Source of the DNA: a virus
Reading direction: 5' to 3' (one strand)
Length of the DNA: 64,000 nucleotides
Virus record (IMG/VR): IMGVR_UViG_3300036845_000721
Location: 67,445-131,444 of that record
Position numbers and translations under genes: made by a program. Under the pieces are notes generated by a model that searched no databases, had not been told where the DNA came from, and worked only from the letters and a program-made list of their open reading frames with translations. Of the stretch, positions 18,159 to 28,145 are shown in pieces; position 1 is the stretch's first letter, and the number at the start of each line of letters is the position of its first letter.

Positions 18159-18473
18159 GTGACCACCCTCGCAACGGAGGTGCGCCGCGGCATGCACCGG
18201 CACAGTGACGAGGCCGTGGCTGCCGTCGTGCTCCATGCGCTCCTGGGACTGCGCACTGACCCGGCTGATGACCCGGCCTGGACGGCGGTGCCGCCGGAGG
18301 TCCGGGCCGTGCTGACCGAGCGGGTCAGGCAGATCCGGGCCGGCGTGCTGCCGCGTGAGCAGTACGAGAACATGGCCGGCCCCGGTGACCCCCCGTACAG
18401 CGACCTGCCGGTGACCCGGCGCGATGAGGATCAGCTGGAATGGCTGGTGACCCAGGCGCTGACCGGGGACTGA
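18159..18473 (+). CDS. Hypothetical protein
   Basis: GTG start with GGAGG RBS. Confidence 0.65.
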   Translation: MTTLATEVRRGMHRHSDEAVAAVVLHALLGLRTDPADDPAWTAVPPEVRAVLTERVRQIRAGVLPREQYENMAGPGDPPYSDLPVTRRDEDQLEWLVTQALTGD

Positions 18474-18655
18474 CCCGGGCCATCGCCGCGCTGCGGGCGG
18501 CCGGGTTCCCGGTCACTGACCCGGGTGATGACCCGCCGGATCCCTGCTGCCGGAACTGCGGGTGCAGCCTGCCGGTTCACGAGCGCCACGGCGCCAGCCG
18601 GTGCGCGAACCGGCGCCGCTGCCGCTGCCCGGGCTGGCGGGCGCCGCGGGAATGA
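18440..18655 (+). CDS. Small Cys-rich hypothetical protein
   Basis: CCRNCGC...C...CRCPG; start uncertain. Confidence 0.35.
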   Translation: MAGDPGADRGLTRAIAALRAAGFPVTDPGDDPPDPCCRNCGCSLPVHERHGASRCANRRRCRCPGWRAPRE

Positions 18656-18811
18656 CCCGGAACCGGGTCGCGGAATACCGCAGCCGGCGGTGATGTTGGG
18701 CACGTCAAGCATTCAGCGTGATACTCTGAGCGTCACGCTACGAAGGCCGGTCCCGCGGTACCGGAACCGGCCTCCTGAACCGGATCGACCGAGCTAGGCG
18801 GTGACCGGCAC

Positions 18812-19825
18812 GTGAAGCAGCATACGATCAACCCCGGCTCCGGCACGAGGGCGCCCGGCGATATTGCCGTGGCCGTGCTGCTGGCCCTCGGCGCCGTCTT
18901 CGAGCGCCGTCCCCGCACCCACCGCGCGTGGATCGCGGCCGTTCCGATCGTCGCCGTCAACTACGTCGCGTTCCGCGCCCAGCTGCGGTACTGGGAAACC
19001 TACCTCAGCCATAGCGACGCCCTGCTGGTGTCCGCCGCGCTCGAATCGATCGCGATCTACCTGGCCTGGCAGGCGCACGTCGCCCAGCTCGCCGACGACT
19101 CCGCGCTCCGGCTGCGGCTCGCCGCCTACGGCATGGCCGCGGGCATCGGCGCGCTGAACTACAGCCACTACATGCACCCGGGCTGGCGGCCCACCCCCGC
19201 CGCCGTCGTGTTCGGCGGCATGTCCGCTATCTCGCCTTGGCTGTGGTCCATCCACTCCCGCCGCGAGTCCCGCGACGCGCTGAAGGCGACCGGCCAGATC
19301 GATCCGCACGCCGTCCGGCTCGGCGCCACCCGCTGGATCTGGCACCTGTACCGGTGCTTCCGGGTCATGTGGGCCGCCAGCTGGATCGGCGAGACCCGGC
19401 CGGCCGAGGCCATCAAGCTGATCCAGGAGGACCGGATCCTTACCGCCAGCGGGGCTGGTGATGTTCTTACCGCGGACATCGAGAGCCGTCAGCCGGATCA
19501 CGGCCCGGTTCGCGAGCCGGTTCCCGGCACCGCCCGCCCGGCGGCGCTTCCCCGGCCGGCCCGGGCCACGATGCCGGGTCACGGGGGCAAGTCGAACCTG
19601 GCGGCGGTCCGGGTCGCTGAGCTGAAGGCGGTCACCGAGCAGGAACTGGCCGTGGCGCTGGCTGCCGTGCCCGTGCTGCCCAGCGTCCGGTCGCTGGCTG
19701 ATCACGAGAAGCTGGCCGGGCACGGATCGGAGTCCAGCCGGCGCCGGGCGGCGAGGCGGGTGCTGGCAGCGGTCAGCGCGCAGCGCAACGGAGGATCCCC
19801 TCATGACAGCGTCGACAGGGCCTAG
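18812..19825 (+). CDS. DUF2637-like multi-TM protein (Spd-like, as in actinomycete conjugative elements)
   Basis: Four TM segments (AVNYVAF, ALESIAIYL, GIGALNYSH, MSAISPWLW) and a C-terminal HTH-like tail; located upstream of TraB. Confidence 0.55.
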   Translation: MKQHTINPGSGTRAPGDIAVAVLLALGAVFERRPRTHRAWIAAVPIVAVNYVAFRAQLRYWETYLSHSDALLVSAALESIAIYLAWQAHVAQLADDSALRLRLAAYGMAAGIGALNYSHYMHPGWRPTPAAVVFGGMSAISPWLWSIHSRRESRDALKATGQIDPHAVRLGATRWIWHLYRCFRVMWAASWIGETRPAEAIKLIQEDRILTASGAGDVLTADIESRQPDHGPVREPVPGTARPAALPRPARATMPGHGGKSNLAAVRVAELKAVTEQELAVALAAVPVLPSVRSLADHEKLAGHGSESSRRRAARRVLAAVSAQRNGGSPHDSVDRA

Positions 19826-21764
19826 CGGTCCCGCCGCCCCGGGCGGCCATGTCCGCTGGCGGCGCCGGCTGCTGATCGGGCTGGCCGTCGCGACCGGCAT
19901 CGTCATGTTCGCCCGCACGGCCGGGCTCCGGACGGCGGAGATCACCGGAGGCGGTCTCGCGGTCGCCGGCCTGGTCGGCCTGTACCTGTGGCGCGGCCCG
20001 AAGCTGCACAAGCACCTGCGGGGGCTGCGCGGCGGGGGTCACAGCAGGACCGGCAGCCTCAACTGGCCCGGCCAGCGCGGCAAGGGACTGCCCAGCATCC
20101 GGTCGCCGGGGCACAGGCGCTTGGGCGGTTCCCGGGCGGGTATGCGCGCTGGTAGCCGGCACCGTCCGGCTATGGCTCCGTTCCGCCGCGCGGGCGGTGC
20201 CGGCCCCAGAGCAGGGTCACGCCATCGCAGGGGTCTCGGCAGGGTCTTCGGCTCTGCCGGTGCGCGGCGCCGTCCCGGCGGCCCGTCGCTGTCCGGCCGC
20301 CGGGGCGGCACAGGCCGTGGCCTGACGGGCCGGCGCAGCACTGGCCGTAGTCTGACGGGCCGGCGCAGCACTGGTCGTGGCCTGACGGGCCGGCGCAGGC
20401 TTGCCGGGAGTTCCGGGACGTCCCGCCGGGGTTCCGGGGCAGCTCGCCGGCGTTCCGCCAGCCGCTTCTCACCGTCTCGCCGGCGATCCGGGGCTTTCCG
20501 CGGGTCTCGCCGGGTTTCCGGTGGTTCCCGCGGAGGATCGCGGGGTTCCGGACGGACAAGGCCGGGATCGCGCGGTGCCGGATCACGCCGTCGCAGCCTG
20601 TTTCACCCCTTCAGCGGGCGCCGTCGCCCCGTCAGCGGCTCGCGCGGTCGCGGCGGCGCCCGGCCTGCGGGCCGCCGTATCCGCATTCTCGGGCTGTTCA
20701 GCCGCCGTCCGGCTGGCAGCAGCGGGCCGCGGGCGCGCCGGTCTCCCGCCCGGCCGCCCGGCCGCGTGCGCCGGGCCTGGCAGCGGCTGGGCGCCGCCCG
20801 TGCTGCGCGCGGTCCCGGCCCGGCCCGCTACGCGTGGTGGCGGCTGCGCGGAAGCCCCGGGACGCCCGGCAGCCGCGGCTCCCGGCGCCGCGCGCTGCGC
20901 AACCGCCGCAAGGCCTGGCGCCGCCGGCTCAAGGCGAACCCGGCGCTTGCCCGGCGCCGGCCCTGGTACGCGCCATGGCGCATGCAGCCGGGCGGGAAGC
21001 CCGCGCTGCGGCACCGGCTCAGCCGGCGGGTCCGCACCTGGCGCCGGCGGCACCGGCTGTACGCGCCGCGCAACCGGCAGGGCCGCCGGCTCACCTGGCG
21101 GGACCGGATCGCGCGCAGGTGGCACATCTGGCGCGGTCACCCGGGCTCCGGCGCCATCCTGCTGGGCGGCCGGCCCCGGCTGAGCCGCCGGGTCGCTGCC
21201 CGGGCACGCCGGATCGCCAGCCCGCGGCGCTGGCGCTGGCTGCGCAGGCACCGTCAGGCTCCGCCCCGGCAGATGCCGGCCTGGACCGGCGCGGCCGGGC
21301 AGCGGATCAACCACCACCGCCAGTACCGGTGGCTGCGCGGCGGCACTCCGGTCCGGCCGCAGCCGCAGCCGCAGCCGCGCCGGCAGCGCGGCGCCCAGCC
21401 CGCAGGCAACGGCAGCAGCCGCAGTAACGGGTCCGGTCCCGTCCCGGGAGCCGGCCAGACACGAGGAGGAGCAATGGACACAGGCGCGATGGCAGAGTCG
21501 ATCCGGGAGCAGGGCAACCACGAGTTTGTCGACCCGCAGGACGTGCACGACACCCTGACCGGGATGCACGAGATCGTGGCGGCAATGCACGACGCCCTGC
21601 AGGTGATGGCCCAGCACCTGGCCGAGTCCGGCGTGCACCCGGCGTACGCCGAGGCGACGGCCGAGGCGGCGAATCAGATGACCGGGATCGCCGACGGCCT
21701 GCAGTCCGTCACCCAGGGCGGCGTGATGCAGGGTCCGGGCGGCGGCGGCGGAGGCAGCGGCTGA
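19803..21764 (+). CDS. Long Arg/Gly-rich membrane-anchored protein with an acidic helical C-terminal domain (possibly a separate gene from the ATG at about 21474)
   Basis: Two N-terminal TMs, GLTGRRSTGR repeats, internal GAGGAG-ATG; similar architecture to accessory genes before traB is an inference. Confidence 0.5.
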   Translation: MTASTGPSGPAAPGGHVRWRRRLLIGLAVATGIVMFARTAGLRTAEITGGGLAVAGLVGLYLWRGPKLHKHLRGLRGGGHSRTGSLNWPGQRGKGLPSIRSPGHRRLGGSRAGMRAGSRHRPAMAPFRRAGGAGPRAGSRHRRGLGRVFGSAGARRRPGGPSLSGRRGGTGRGLTGRRSTGRSLTGRRSTGRGLTGRRRLAGSSGTSRRGSGAARRRSASRFSPSRRRSGAFRGSRRVSGGSRGGSRGSGRTRPGSRGAGSRRRSLFHPFSGRRRPVSGSRGRGGARPAGRRIRILGLFSRRPAGSSGPRARRSPARPPGRVRRAWQRLGAARAARGPGPARYAWWRLRGSPGTPGSRGSRRRALRNRRKAWRRRLKANPALARRRPWYAPWRMQPGGKPALRHRLSRRVRTWRRRHRLYAPRNRQGRRLTWRDRIARRWHIWRGHPGSGAILLGGRPRLSRRVAARARRIASPRRWRWLRRHRQAPPRQMPAWTGAAGQRINHHRQYRWLRGGTPVRPQPQPQPRRQRGAQPAGNGSSRSNGSGPVPGAGQTRGGAMDTGAMAESIREQGNHEFVDPQDVHDTLTGMHEIVAAMHDALQVMAQHLAESGVHPAYAEATAEAANQMTGIADGLQSVTQGGVMQGPGGGGGGSG

Positions 21765-21768
21765 CCGC

Positions 21769-22107
21769 ATGACGGATGCCCGGGACCCGCTGTTCGTCCC
21801 GGCCGCCAGGTGCGGTCGCGGGACGATCGACGGCGCCGTCTGGCGGCCCGGTGACCCGGTCAAGCACCTCGGGCCGCCGGGGCACCTGGGCATCCGCCTG
21901 TGGTCGAAGCTGTTCAGCACCCGGTGCGGTCTCGGCCCGCAGCCGGAGCCGGGGTACGGCCGGTGGCAGCCGCAGGAGCACGACGGGTTCCGTGAGGATG
22001 ACGACTACTGGTGCCCGCCCTGCCTGGACCAGGCGGGCATCAGCTACGAGCTATGGCCTGACGATGAGCCGGAGGGAGGCGGCAGTGAGCAGCGACCAGG
22101 ACCGTGA
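21769..22107 (+). CDS. Hypothetical Cys/Trp-containing protein
   Basis: ORF between coupled genes. Confidence 0.55.
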   Translation: MTDARDPLFVPAARCGRGTIDGAVWRPGDPVKHLGPPGHLGIRLWSKLFSTRCGLGPQPEPGYGRWQPQEHDGFREDDDYWCPPCLDQAGISYELWPDDEPEGGGSEQRPGP

Positions 22108-24175
22108 CGGCCGGGAGACCCCGCCGCGTGACGCCGGCGGCCGGTGGACCCCGTCCGGGCGCGATGACGGCTGGCGGCAGGAGGACAGGCCGGAACAGCC
22201 GGAGCGCCCGCATGCCCCGTCGCTGGCCCGGCACTGCGGGGAGAGCTCGCTGGTAGCCGTGCTGTCGGTGCTGCTGGCGGCCTACCTGCTCCCGGCCTCG
22301 GTGCCGATGTGGATGCCGTTGTCGGCGCTCATCGCGGTCACCACGGTCACCTGGTACGTGACCTTCCAGATGACCCGGTCGCGGCACCTGTCCGGCTACA
22401 TGCTCGCCTGGGGCCTGCTGATCACCGGCTGGTTCACCCTCGCCCGGACCGACGGCGTGCACGAGCAGGTCATCGCCCTGCTGTTCATCCCGGCGATCGT
22501 GCTGGCGTTCCTGGGCGTGCCCGCCATTAGCCGCTACCGGGAAGTGCTCGCCGCCGGGGACCAGGCCGCGCGGGACAAGGCCGGCACCGCGATCCTGCGG
22601 CACTGGGAGCAGGTCCTGGAGGCGCACGGGGCGCACGGCGCTAAGGTGCTGGACGTGGTGCGGCACGACGGCAGCCTGGAGATCCGCGGCCGTCTCCCCC
22701 GCGCCGTCCCGGGCCGGACCACGATGACCTTCGCCCAGCTGCAGGCGCTCGGCCCGGAGATCGCGGTGAGCGAGCGCCGCAACGAGGACGGGATCTACTT
22801 CTCCAAGCCCGAGGACGGGTCCGCCGCCGACTTCGTGCTGCACGTCCGGGACCGGCGGTCCGGGCAGCGGGCACCGGTCCACCTGCCGGTCCGGCACGTT
22901 CCGCTGTCCGTCAACCGGTCGTTCGGGGTGGGCGTGCTGGACAGCGGCCGGGAGTACGGCACGCTGCTGCGCGAGAAGCACATCCAGATCATCGGCGTTA
23001 CCCGGGTCGGCAAGAGCAACCTGATCAACGTGTTCATTGACCGGATCGGCGGGATGATCGACGCGCTGATCTGGATGATCGATATGAAGGGCGGGAGGAC
23101 CAGCCGCCCGTGGATCGTGCCGTGGCTGCAGGGGCTCACGCCGCGCCCGGTTATCGACTGGATGGCCACCACCCGCGAGGAAACCAAGATCATGCTGGAC
23201 ACCGCGCTGCTGGCGGTGCAGACCCGGGCCGGGTACCCGGGGTTCGAGAAGATCATCCCGTCCCGTGACACTCCGGCGATCATCCTGATCTGCGACGACG
23301 TCGGCCGCTGTTTCGGGCACGGCGTCCGGGAAGGCGGCATCAGCAACTACGGCATGTCCCAGCTCGGCGCGCAGTTCACCGAGCTGGCCGGGTCTGAGGC
23401 CGGGGTGCTGATCGGGGCCGGCCAGCGGGCCAACGTGGAGCTGTGGGGCGGCACCGCGATGAAGTCCCAGTCCGAGCTGCGGTTCGGGCTGCGGGCCACG
23501 TCGTCGGCGGACGGCGCGCAGGTTTTCCCGGATAACGCGCAGGCGGCCCGGATGGTCGCCGGGCTGCGGGACAAGGGCGACTGCCTGGTCAAGGACGGCC
23601 CGGACATCAGCCCGGTCGTGCACCTGTACCGGGTCGGCGACGCGGACCGGATCACCAAGCGGGCGCTGTGGGCCGGCGACTACCGCCCGGAACCCGAGCG
23701 GCGGCTGATCGAGGCGATGGGCAGCGCGTATTCCGAGCGCTGGGACCGGTCCGCGAGCCTGCTGGACGAGTGGCGGCGGACGGCCGGCATCCCGGAGCCG
23801 ACGGAGCCTGGCGGGCCGGATGACGACGGCGACGGCGATGATTCCGATCCGGATGACTGGGACGCGAAGCGTTTCGAGCGCGAGTTCGGCCGGATTGTCG
23901 CGCAGGTGCCGGACGCGGAGGCGCCGGCCGACCCGCGCCGGAAGGTGATGTGGCGGATCCTGCGCGACGCCGGCTGGGCGGGCCTGAGCGTCAAGTCCAT
24001 CGTCATCCGGCTGGACACCGCGGGGGCGATGACCCGGCGGGACGTCGTGCACCACTGGCTCAAGGAAGACGAGCAGAAGGGCTGGGTGCGCCGCGGGAAG
24101 CGCGGTACCCAGCCGGTGTGGATCTGGTCCGGGCACGGCGATGCGGACTACATACTGGACGCCGAGGCGATGTAG
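22085..24175 (+). CDS. traB: TraB/FtsK-SpoIIIE-family DNA translocase
   Basis: N-terminal TMs, Walker A-like GVTRVGKS, IDMKGG, Walker B-like LICDD, QRA motif, C-terminal winged-helix-like region; start re-called at GTG 22085 with GGAGG. Confidence 0.75.
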   Translation: MSSDQDRDGRETPPRDAGGRWTPSGRDDGWRQEDRPEQPERPHAPSLARHCGESSLVAVLSVLLAAYLLPASVPMWMPLSALIAVTTVTWYVTFQMTRSRHLSGYMLAWGLLITGWFTLARTDGVHEQVIALLFIPAIVLAFLGVPAISRYREVLAAGDQAARDKAGTAILRHWEQVLEAHGAHGAKVLDVVRHDGSLEIRGRLPRAVPGRTTMTFAQLQALGPEIAVSERRNEDGIYFSKPEDGSAADFVLHVRDRRSGQRAPVHLPVRHVPLSVNRSFGVGVLDSGREYGTLLREKHIQIIGVTRVGKSNLINVFIDRIGGMIDALIWMIDMKGGRTSRPWIVPWLQGLTPRPVIDWMATTREETKIMLDTALLAVQTRAGYPGFEKIIPSRDTPAIILICDDVGRCFGHGVREGGISNYGMSQLGAQFTELAGSEAGVLIGAGQRANVELWGGTAMKSQSELRFGLRATSSADGAQVFPDNAQAARMVAGLRDKGDCLVKDGPDISPVVHLYRVGDADRITKRALWAGDYRPEPERRLIEAMGSAYSERWDRSASLLDEWRRTAGIPEPTEPGGPDDDGDGDDSDPDDWDAKRFEREFGRIVAQVPDAEAPADPRRKVMWRILRDAGWAGLSVKSIVIRLDTAGAMTRRDVVHHWLKEDEQKGWVRRGKRGTQPVWIWSGHGDADYILDAEAM

Positions 24176-24217
24176 CATGTATGCAGGTTGCTGTACGCAA
24201 AGAGCAGGAGACAGGCT

Positions 24218-24511
24218 ATGTTCCGGGTAACTCAGATCGACCTGGACGAGGGCGAGGAAATCTCCGTCCTGTACGCGGTCGCCGACTCCGCGACGGCAGA
24301 GGTCATCCGGCCGTTCACGGACCCGGCCGGCTTCGACTGCCGGACGGGCACCCTGTCGGACGGCACGGTCAGGATCCGGCTGACCATCGGCGCGGCTCAC
24401 GACATCCTGGAGGTGACCGGCAAGATCCCGGGCGATAACCCGCACTGGCCGCTCACCACGATCGTGAACAACAGCCTGTTCGGCATAATCAGCTCACTGG
24501 AAGGCTGGTGA
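24218..24511 (+). CDS. Hypothetical protein
   Basis: AGGAGACAGG RBS before the ATG at 24218. Confidence 0.65.
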   Translation: MFRVTQIDLDEGEEISVLYAVADSATAEVIRPFTDPAGFDCRTGTLSDGTVRIRLTIGAAHDILEVTGKIPGDNPHWPLTTIVNNSLFGIISSLEGW

Positions 24512-24514
24512 CTC

Positions 24515-24901
24515 GTGGAACTTCCCGGCAGGGTGCAGATCGAGGTGCTGGCCGCGGGCGCCGTCGCCATCGGCGGCCTCGCCCTGTTCCGCGGTATCGC
24601 CCGGTCGGCCGCAGCGCACGCCGGCGAGATCATGACCGTCGCGCGGGACGCTGCCACCGCCGTCATCGCCGCGGCCGGGCTGGCGGTCCTGCTGCTGACG
24701 GCCCGCACGGTTGCCCGGCAGGAAGGCCGGCACTGCGAGCCGCCGGCCCCGCAGCCCGCGCAGTACCCGCGGCCCCCGCGCCAGGCGCACCGGCCGGGCG
24801 AGGTCGTGCACACCTACACGCTGTACCCGCCCGCAGCTGAGCCCGCGCCCGTCATGGAGTCCCTGGACGACGAGGCCCTGGCCGAGACCTGGAGGCAGTG
24901 A
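24515..24901 (+). CDS. Two-TM membrane protein with Pro-rich tail (Spd-like)
   Basis: Hydrophobic segments. Confidence 0.55.
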   Translation: MELPGRVQIEVLAAGAVAIGGLALFRGIARSAAAHAGEIMTVARDAATAVIAAAGLAVLLLTARTVARQEGRHCEPPAPQPAQYPRPPRQAHRPGEVVHTYTLYPPAAEPAPVMESLDDEALAETWRQ

Positions 24902-25134
24902 TGGTGCCGGACGATCCGGACCGGCAGGCGCTGGGCTACGCTCACGCCGAGCTGGCTGCCCGGATAACGGGCCGGGGCTGGGGTTCAGGCGGGGAGCAGC
25001 CGCCCCGGATGACAGTCGTCGTGCCGGAGTGCTCCCCGGCGCTGGCCGACCCGGCTTGCCGGGAGCAGCTGGGAGACCTGGTGCTGCTCGGCCGGGCCGA
25101 GAACATCGTCGTTGTGCTGGGAGGGGTGCCATGA
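24898..25134 (+). CDS. Hypothetical protein
   Basis: GTGA/ATG coupling. Confidence 0.5.
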   Translation: MMVPDDPDRQALGYAHAELAARITGRGWGSGGEQPPRMTVVVPECSPALADPACREQLGDLVLLGRAENIVVVLGGVP

Positions 25135-25484
25135 CGCCGTACGCCGTGTCCCTCATCGCCGTCCTCGCGGTCGCCTGGGCGTACCACGGGATCACCGAGC
25201 ATCACTGGCACCGGGCGCTGCTGCGGATCGCGGAGCCGCGCACCGTCGTGCCCCCGGTCCGGCACGAGACCCGCTGGCACGCCATGAGCCACGCTGCCCG
25301 GCTCGCGGTCGACCTGGGCCTGGCCGTGGCGGCGGTGGCCCTCGGGACCGCCTGGAAGATGCAGCCGGCGATCACCATGGTCACGCTGATCGCCGCCGCC
25401 GTCATCGCTGTTACCGTGATCGCCGTCCGGAAGCTGTCGAAATCCCTCGGCGGCCGGCGCCCCGGGAACTGGGAAGGAAACTGA
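25131..25484 (+). CDS. Three-TM membrane protein
   Basis: ATG at 25131 with GGAGG; hydrophobic helices. Confidence 0.6.
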   Translation: MTPYAVSLIAVLAVAWAYHGITEHHWHRALLRIAEPRTVVPPVRHETRWHAMSHAARLAVDLGLAVAAVALGTAWKMQPAITMVTLIAAAVIAVTVIAVRKLSKSLGGRRPGNWEGN

Positions 25485-25485
25485 C

Positions 25486-25602
25486 ATGGATCTCGGAAGG
25501 ATCATCTTCTACGTCGTGGTGGCCTGGATCATTCTCTGGGCGCTCAACCACGGGGCGGAAGTAGCCAGCTTTTTCCACTCGTTCGTCAACTCCACCAAGT
25601 AG
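25486..25602 (+). CDS. 38-aa membrane peptide (MDLGRIIFYVVVAWIILWALNHG...)
   Basis: Translated by hand, GAAGGA RBS. Confidence 0.55.
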   Translation: MDLGRIIFYVVVAWIILWALNHGAEVASFFHSFVNSTK

Positions 25603-25611
25603 GAGACAGCC

Positions 25612-25920
25612 ATGCGGATCGGCACCCTGGCCGTGCTGGCCGCCGTCATCGCACTGGTGTCCCTGCTCGTGCATAACCCGCTGGGCGTTATCGGCGGCAT
25701 CGGGGTGCTTGGCTACCTGCTCTCGCTGCTTATCGCCCCCAAGGTCAAGTGCCGGTCCTGCAGCGGCTCCGGGGATCACGGTGACGCGGTGGGATCGTCC
25801 GGTATCCGCAGGTGCTGGACCTGCCATGGCCGCAAGGAATACGCCCGCCTCGGTACCCGGCTGCTCCGCCCGCAGGTGTACCAGGCGATCCAGTCCGGCC
25901 GCCATGGCAGGAACTGGTGA
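25612..25920 (+). CDS. Membrane protein with DnaJ-type Zn finger (CRSCSGSG...CWTCHGRK)
   Basis: Two TMs plus CxxCxGxG motifs. Confidence 0.7.
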   Translation: MRIGTLAVLAAVIALVSLLVHNPLGVIGGIGVLGYLLSLLIAPKVKCRSCSGSGDHGDAVGSSGIRRCWTCHGRKEYARLGTRLLRPQVYQAIQSGRHGRNW

Positions 25921-26147
25921 TGACTGTGCACGACATCACGCTGACGCTCAGCCGCGAGCTGACCGAAGACGAGATCGAGGCACTGTTCGAGGCCTGCGAC
26001 ACCGATCCGGGAATCGAGACCGGGCCGCTCGGGACAATCGTGGAACTCCGCCTGGAAGCCCCGGCGTTCCAGGAGGCCGCCGATCGCGCGATCCGGCAGG
26101 TAACCCGGGTAATCCCGCAAGGCTGGATGATCCGGCCGGCCGGATAG
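25920..26147 (+). CDS. Hypothetical protein
   Basis: TGATG coupling. Confidence 0.55.
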   Translation: MTVHDITLTLSRELTEDEIEALFEACDTDPGIETGPLGTIVELRLEAPAFQEAADRAIRQVTRVIPQGWMIRPAG

Positions 26148-26166
26148 ACAAGATCAGGAGACAGCC

Positions 26167-26466
26167 ATGCCAGAAAACGTCACTCACCGCGGGTTCGGCA
26201 TCTACGCGGAACTCACCGACACGCACGGCAGCGAGGTGCGCGTCCAGGAATCCAGCGCCGCGGACTCCGCCTGCGTCTGGATCTTCGCTGATCACGTCCC
26301 GGCAGACAGGTATCTCAGAGCCGATCAGGCAGCCGTGCTCTCCCAGGCCGGCTTTTCGAGCCTGCACGAGCTGGCCGCGTTCCTGACCCCCAGCCCGCAC
26401 CTGAACCTGGAGCAGGCCATCACGGTCCGCGACGCCCTGGACGCCTTCATCCGGGAGAACTCATGA
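26167..26466 (+). CDS. Hypothetical protein
   Basis: Exact GATCAGGAGACA motif upstream. Confidence 0.7.
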   Translation: MPENVTHRGFGIYAELTDTHGSEVRVQESSAADSACVWIFADHVPADRYLRADQAAVLSQAGFSSLHELAAFLTPSPHLNLEQAITVRDALDAFIRENS

Positions 26467-26705
26467 CCGGGGCTGGCGGCACGCGGCTACTGCACCTGAT
26501 CCGCACCGAGCCCGGCCCGGGGGTCGCGGAGCCGACGGGCACCGTCGCCGAGGCCGTCGTGTTCAGTGACGGCACGGCGGTGCTGCACTGGCTGACCGAC
26601 CCGTGCGGGACCGAGTTCTACGCATCGGAAGACGCGATGCGCGGCGTCCGTGAGCGCAGCGGCCGATCGGCGTTTGCCGAGTCCGCGACCAGGGAGCATT
26701 CATGA
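26463..26705 (+). CDS. Hypothetical phage protein (VAEAVVFSDGTAVLHW)
   Basis: ATGA coupling. Confidence 0.7.
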   Translation: MTGAGGTRLLHLIRTEPGPGVAEPTGTVAEAVVFSDGTAVLHWLTDPCGTEFYASEDAMRGVRERSGRSAFAESATREHS

Positions 26706-27118
26706 CGGACATCAGCGACGCCCAGGTCCGCGAGATCCAGTGGGCCAGCTCGGACAGGGGCAAGGCGCAGCTGCGGGCCGCCTGGGCAGAGGCCGTCCGG
26801 CTCGGCCTGTACGACAAGGGCACGGTCGTGACCATGGCCGACGTCAGCGCGATGTTGTGGGCTGCCCGCGAGGCCGTTGCGCCGCCCGCCGGGATGGCCA
26901 CCGTGCTGTCCGGCTGCCAGTACTGCCACCGGATCATCGCCCGCGCGGGCGGCAGCGGCGACGGTGACGAGTGGCGGACCCTGCCGGACCGGGCGGCCGG
27001 GGGCCAGATCCTGTTCCCCGCCGCGGCGGTCGCCTGCGCTGCCAGCCCGGATGACCGGCATCACCCGCCGGACCCGGGCCGGAACTCCGGCGCGCTGCGG
27101 CATCTCGGGGAGATGTGA
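26702..27118 (+). CDS. Hypothetical protein with CQYC motif
   Basis: ATGA coupling. Confidence 0.65.
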   Translation: MTDISDAQVREIQWASSDRGKAQLRAAWAEAVRLGLYDKGTVVTMADVSAMLWAAREAVAPPAGMATVLSGCQYCHRIIARAGGSGDGDEWRTLPDRAAGGQILFPAAAVACAASPDDRHHPPDPGRNSGALRHLGEM

Positions 27119-27708
27119 TGCACGCCCGGCTGCAGGCGGCCAGCCGCACCGCTACCTTCGGGCCGTGCCTGGGCCTGCCGCTGTACGGCTGGACTGAGCT
27201 CGGCAAGCCTGCGCAGCTGGCCGGCCTCGGCGTGATGACCGCGGTTGCCGTGCTTGTCTGGCCGCTGCTCGTCGTCTCGGTGCTGTTCTTCGTGCCCGAG
27301 CTGCTGGCGCCGGCCGGGCTGGTGCCGCGTAGCTGGCGGATCCGCTACCGGCAGCGGCACGGCCGTGTCGGCGCCGCCAGCTCCTACATTCCCAAGCGGC
27401 TGCGCCGGGTGGTCTACTTCGCCGACGGGCACCGCTGCGCCGGCTGCGGAGCCCGCCGTGTCCGGCTGCAGATCGACCACATCCGGCCGTGGGCGGCCGG
27501 CGGCCGGACCACCCTGTGGAACTGCATGTCGCTGTGCGAGCCGTGCAACGGGATCAAGTGCAACTACAGCCGGGACCGTGACGGGTACGAGCACTACGCC
27601 GGGAACCGGTACTGGATCCGGGACGCCCGGCAGATCCTGCGCCGGGAGCGCCGCCACCGGCTGAACCCGGTGCGCTGGACCCGTGCGGCCTGGGCGCTGG
27701 GATCATGA
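27115..27708 (+). CDS. Membrane-anchored HNH endonuclease
   Basis: CAGC...IDHIRPWAAGGRTTLWN...LCEPCNGIK; N-terminal TMs. Confidence 0.8.
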   Translation: MMHARLQAASRTATFGPCLGLPLYGWTELGKPAQLAGLGVMTAVAVLVWPLLVVSVLFFVPELLAPAGLVPRSWRIRYRQRHGRVGAASSYIPKRLRRVVYFADGHRCAGCGARRVRLQIDHIRPWAAGGRTTLWNCMSLCEPCNGIKCNYSRDRDGYEHYAGNRYWIRDARQILRRERRHRLNPVRWTRAAWALGS

Positions 27709-28145
27709 CGGCGGCCGTTCCGGTCCCGCCGCTCAGCGGGAAGCTGCTCGGCGTGCAGGAGACGGCTGACCGGCTGGGCGTGCACGCGAACACCGTGCGG
27801 AACTGGGTCAGGGCCGGGCGGCTCCGCGCGGCCAGGCCATTGCCGGGGCTGAAGTTCGATCCGGCTGAGGTGGAGCGGGTCCTGCGGAGCATGGCCGGCC
27901 GGGACCTGGCCAGTATCCAGCGCGGTAACGCCACGGTCGGGATCCTGGTGGTGGTCCGGCTGCCGGACATGATGACGCCGGAAGACGCTGTTAACGAGGT
28001 CCGCCGCGGGATCGAGTTCGGAGAGCCGCGGGTGGGACTGCACTTCGTTGTCCCGGACGCCCGGGAACAGGAGGAATTATGGCTGAGCGGGTGCAGGTCT
28101 CGGTGCGGATGCACGGCCCGACGCACCGGGCCTGGAACGAGATAA
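27705..28145 (+). CDS. Excisionase/MerR-like HTH DNA-binding protein
   Basis: LLGVQETADRLGVHANTVRNWVRAGRL pattern. Confidence 0.75.
   Translation: MTAAVPVPPLSGKLLGVQETADRLGVHANTVRNWVRAGRLRAARPLPGLKFDPAEVERVLRSMAGRDLASIQRGNATVGILVVVRLPDMMTPEDAVNEVRRGIEFGEPRVGLHFVVPDAREQEELWLSGCRSRCGCTARRTGPGTR

Noticed and set aside
22040-24445. 801-aa minus-strand ORF, and similar long antisense ORFs (37677..39767, 51280..53076, 57920..59695, 7437..8948, 13347..14570)
   Set aside because: These are shadow ORFs opposite well-supported genes; strong GC3 bias removes stops on the antisense strand, and they show no motifs or RBS.
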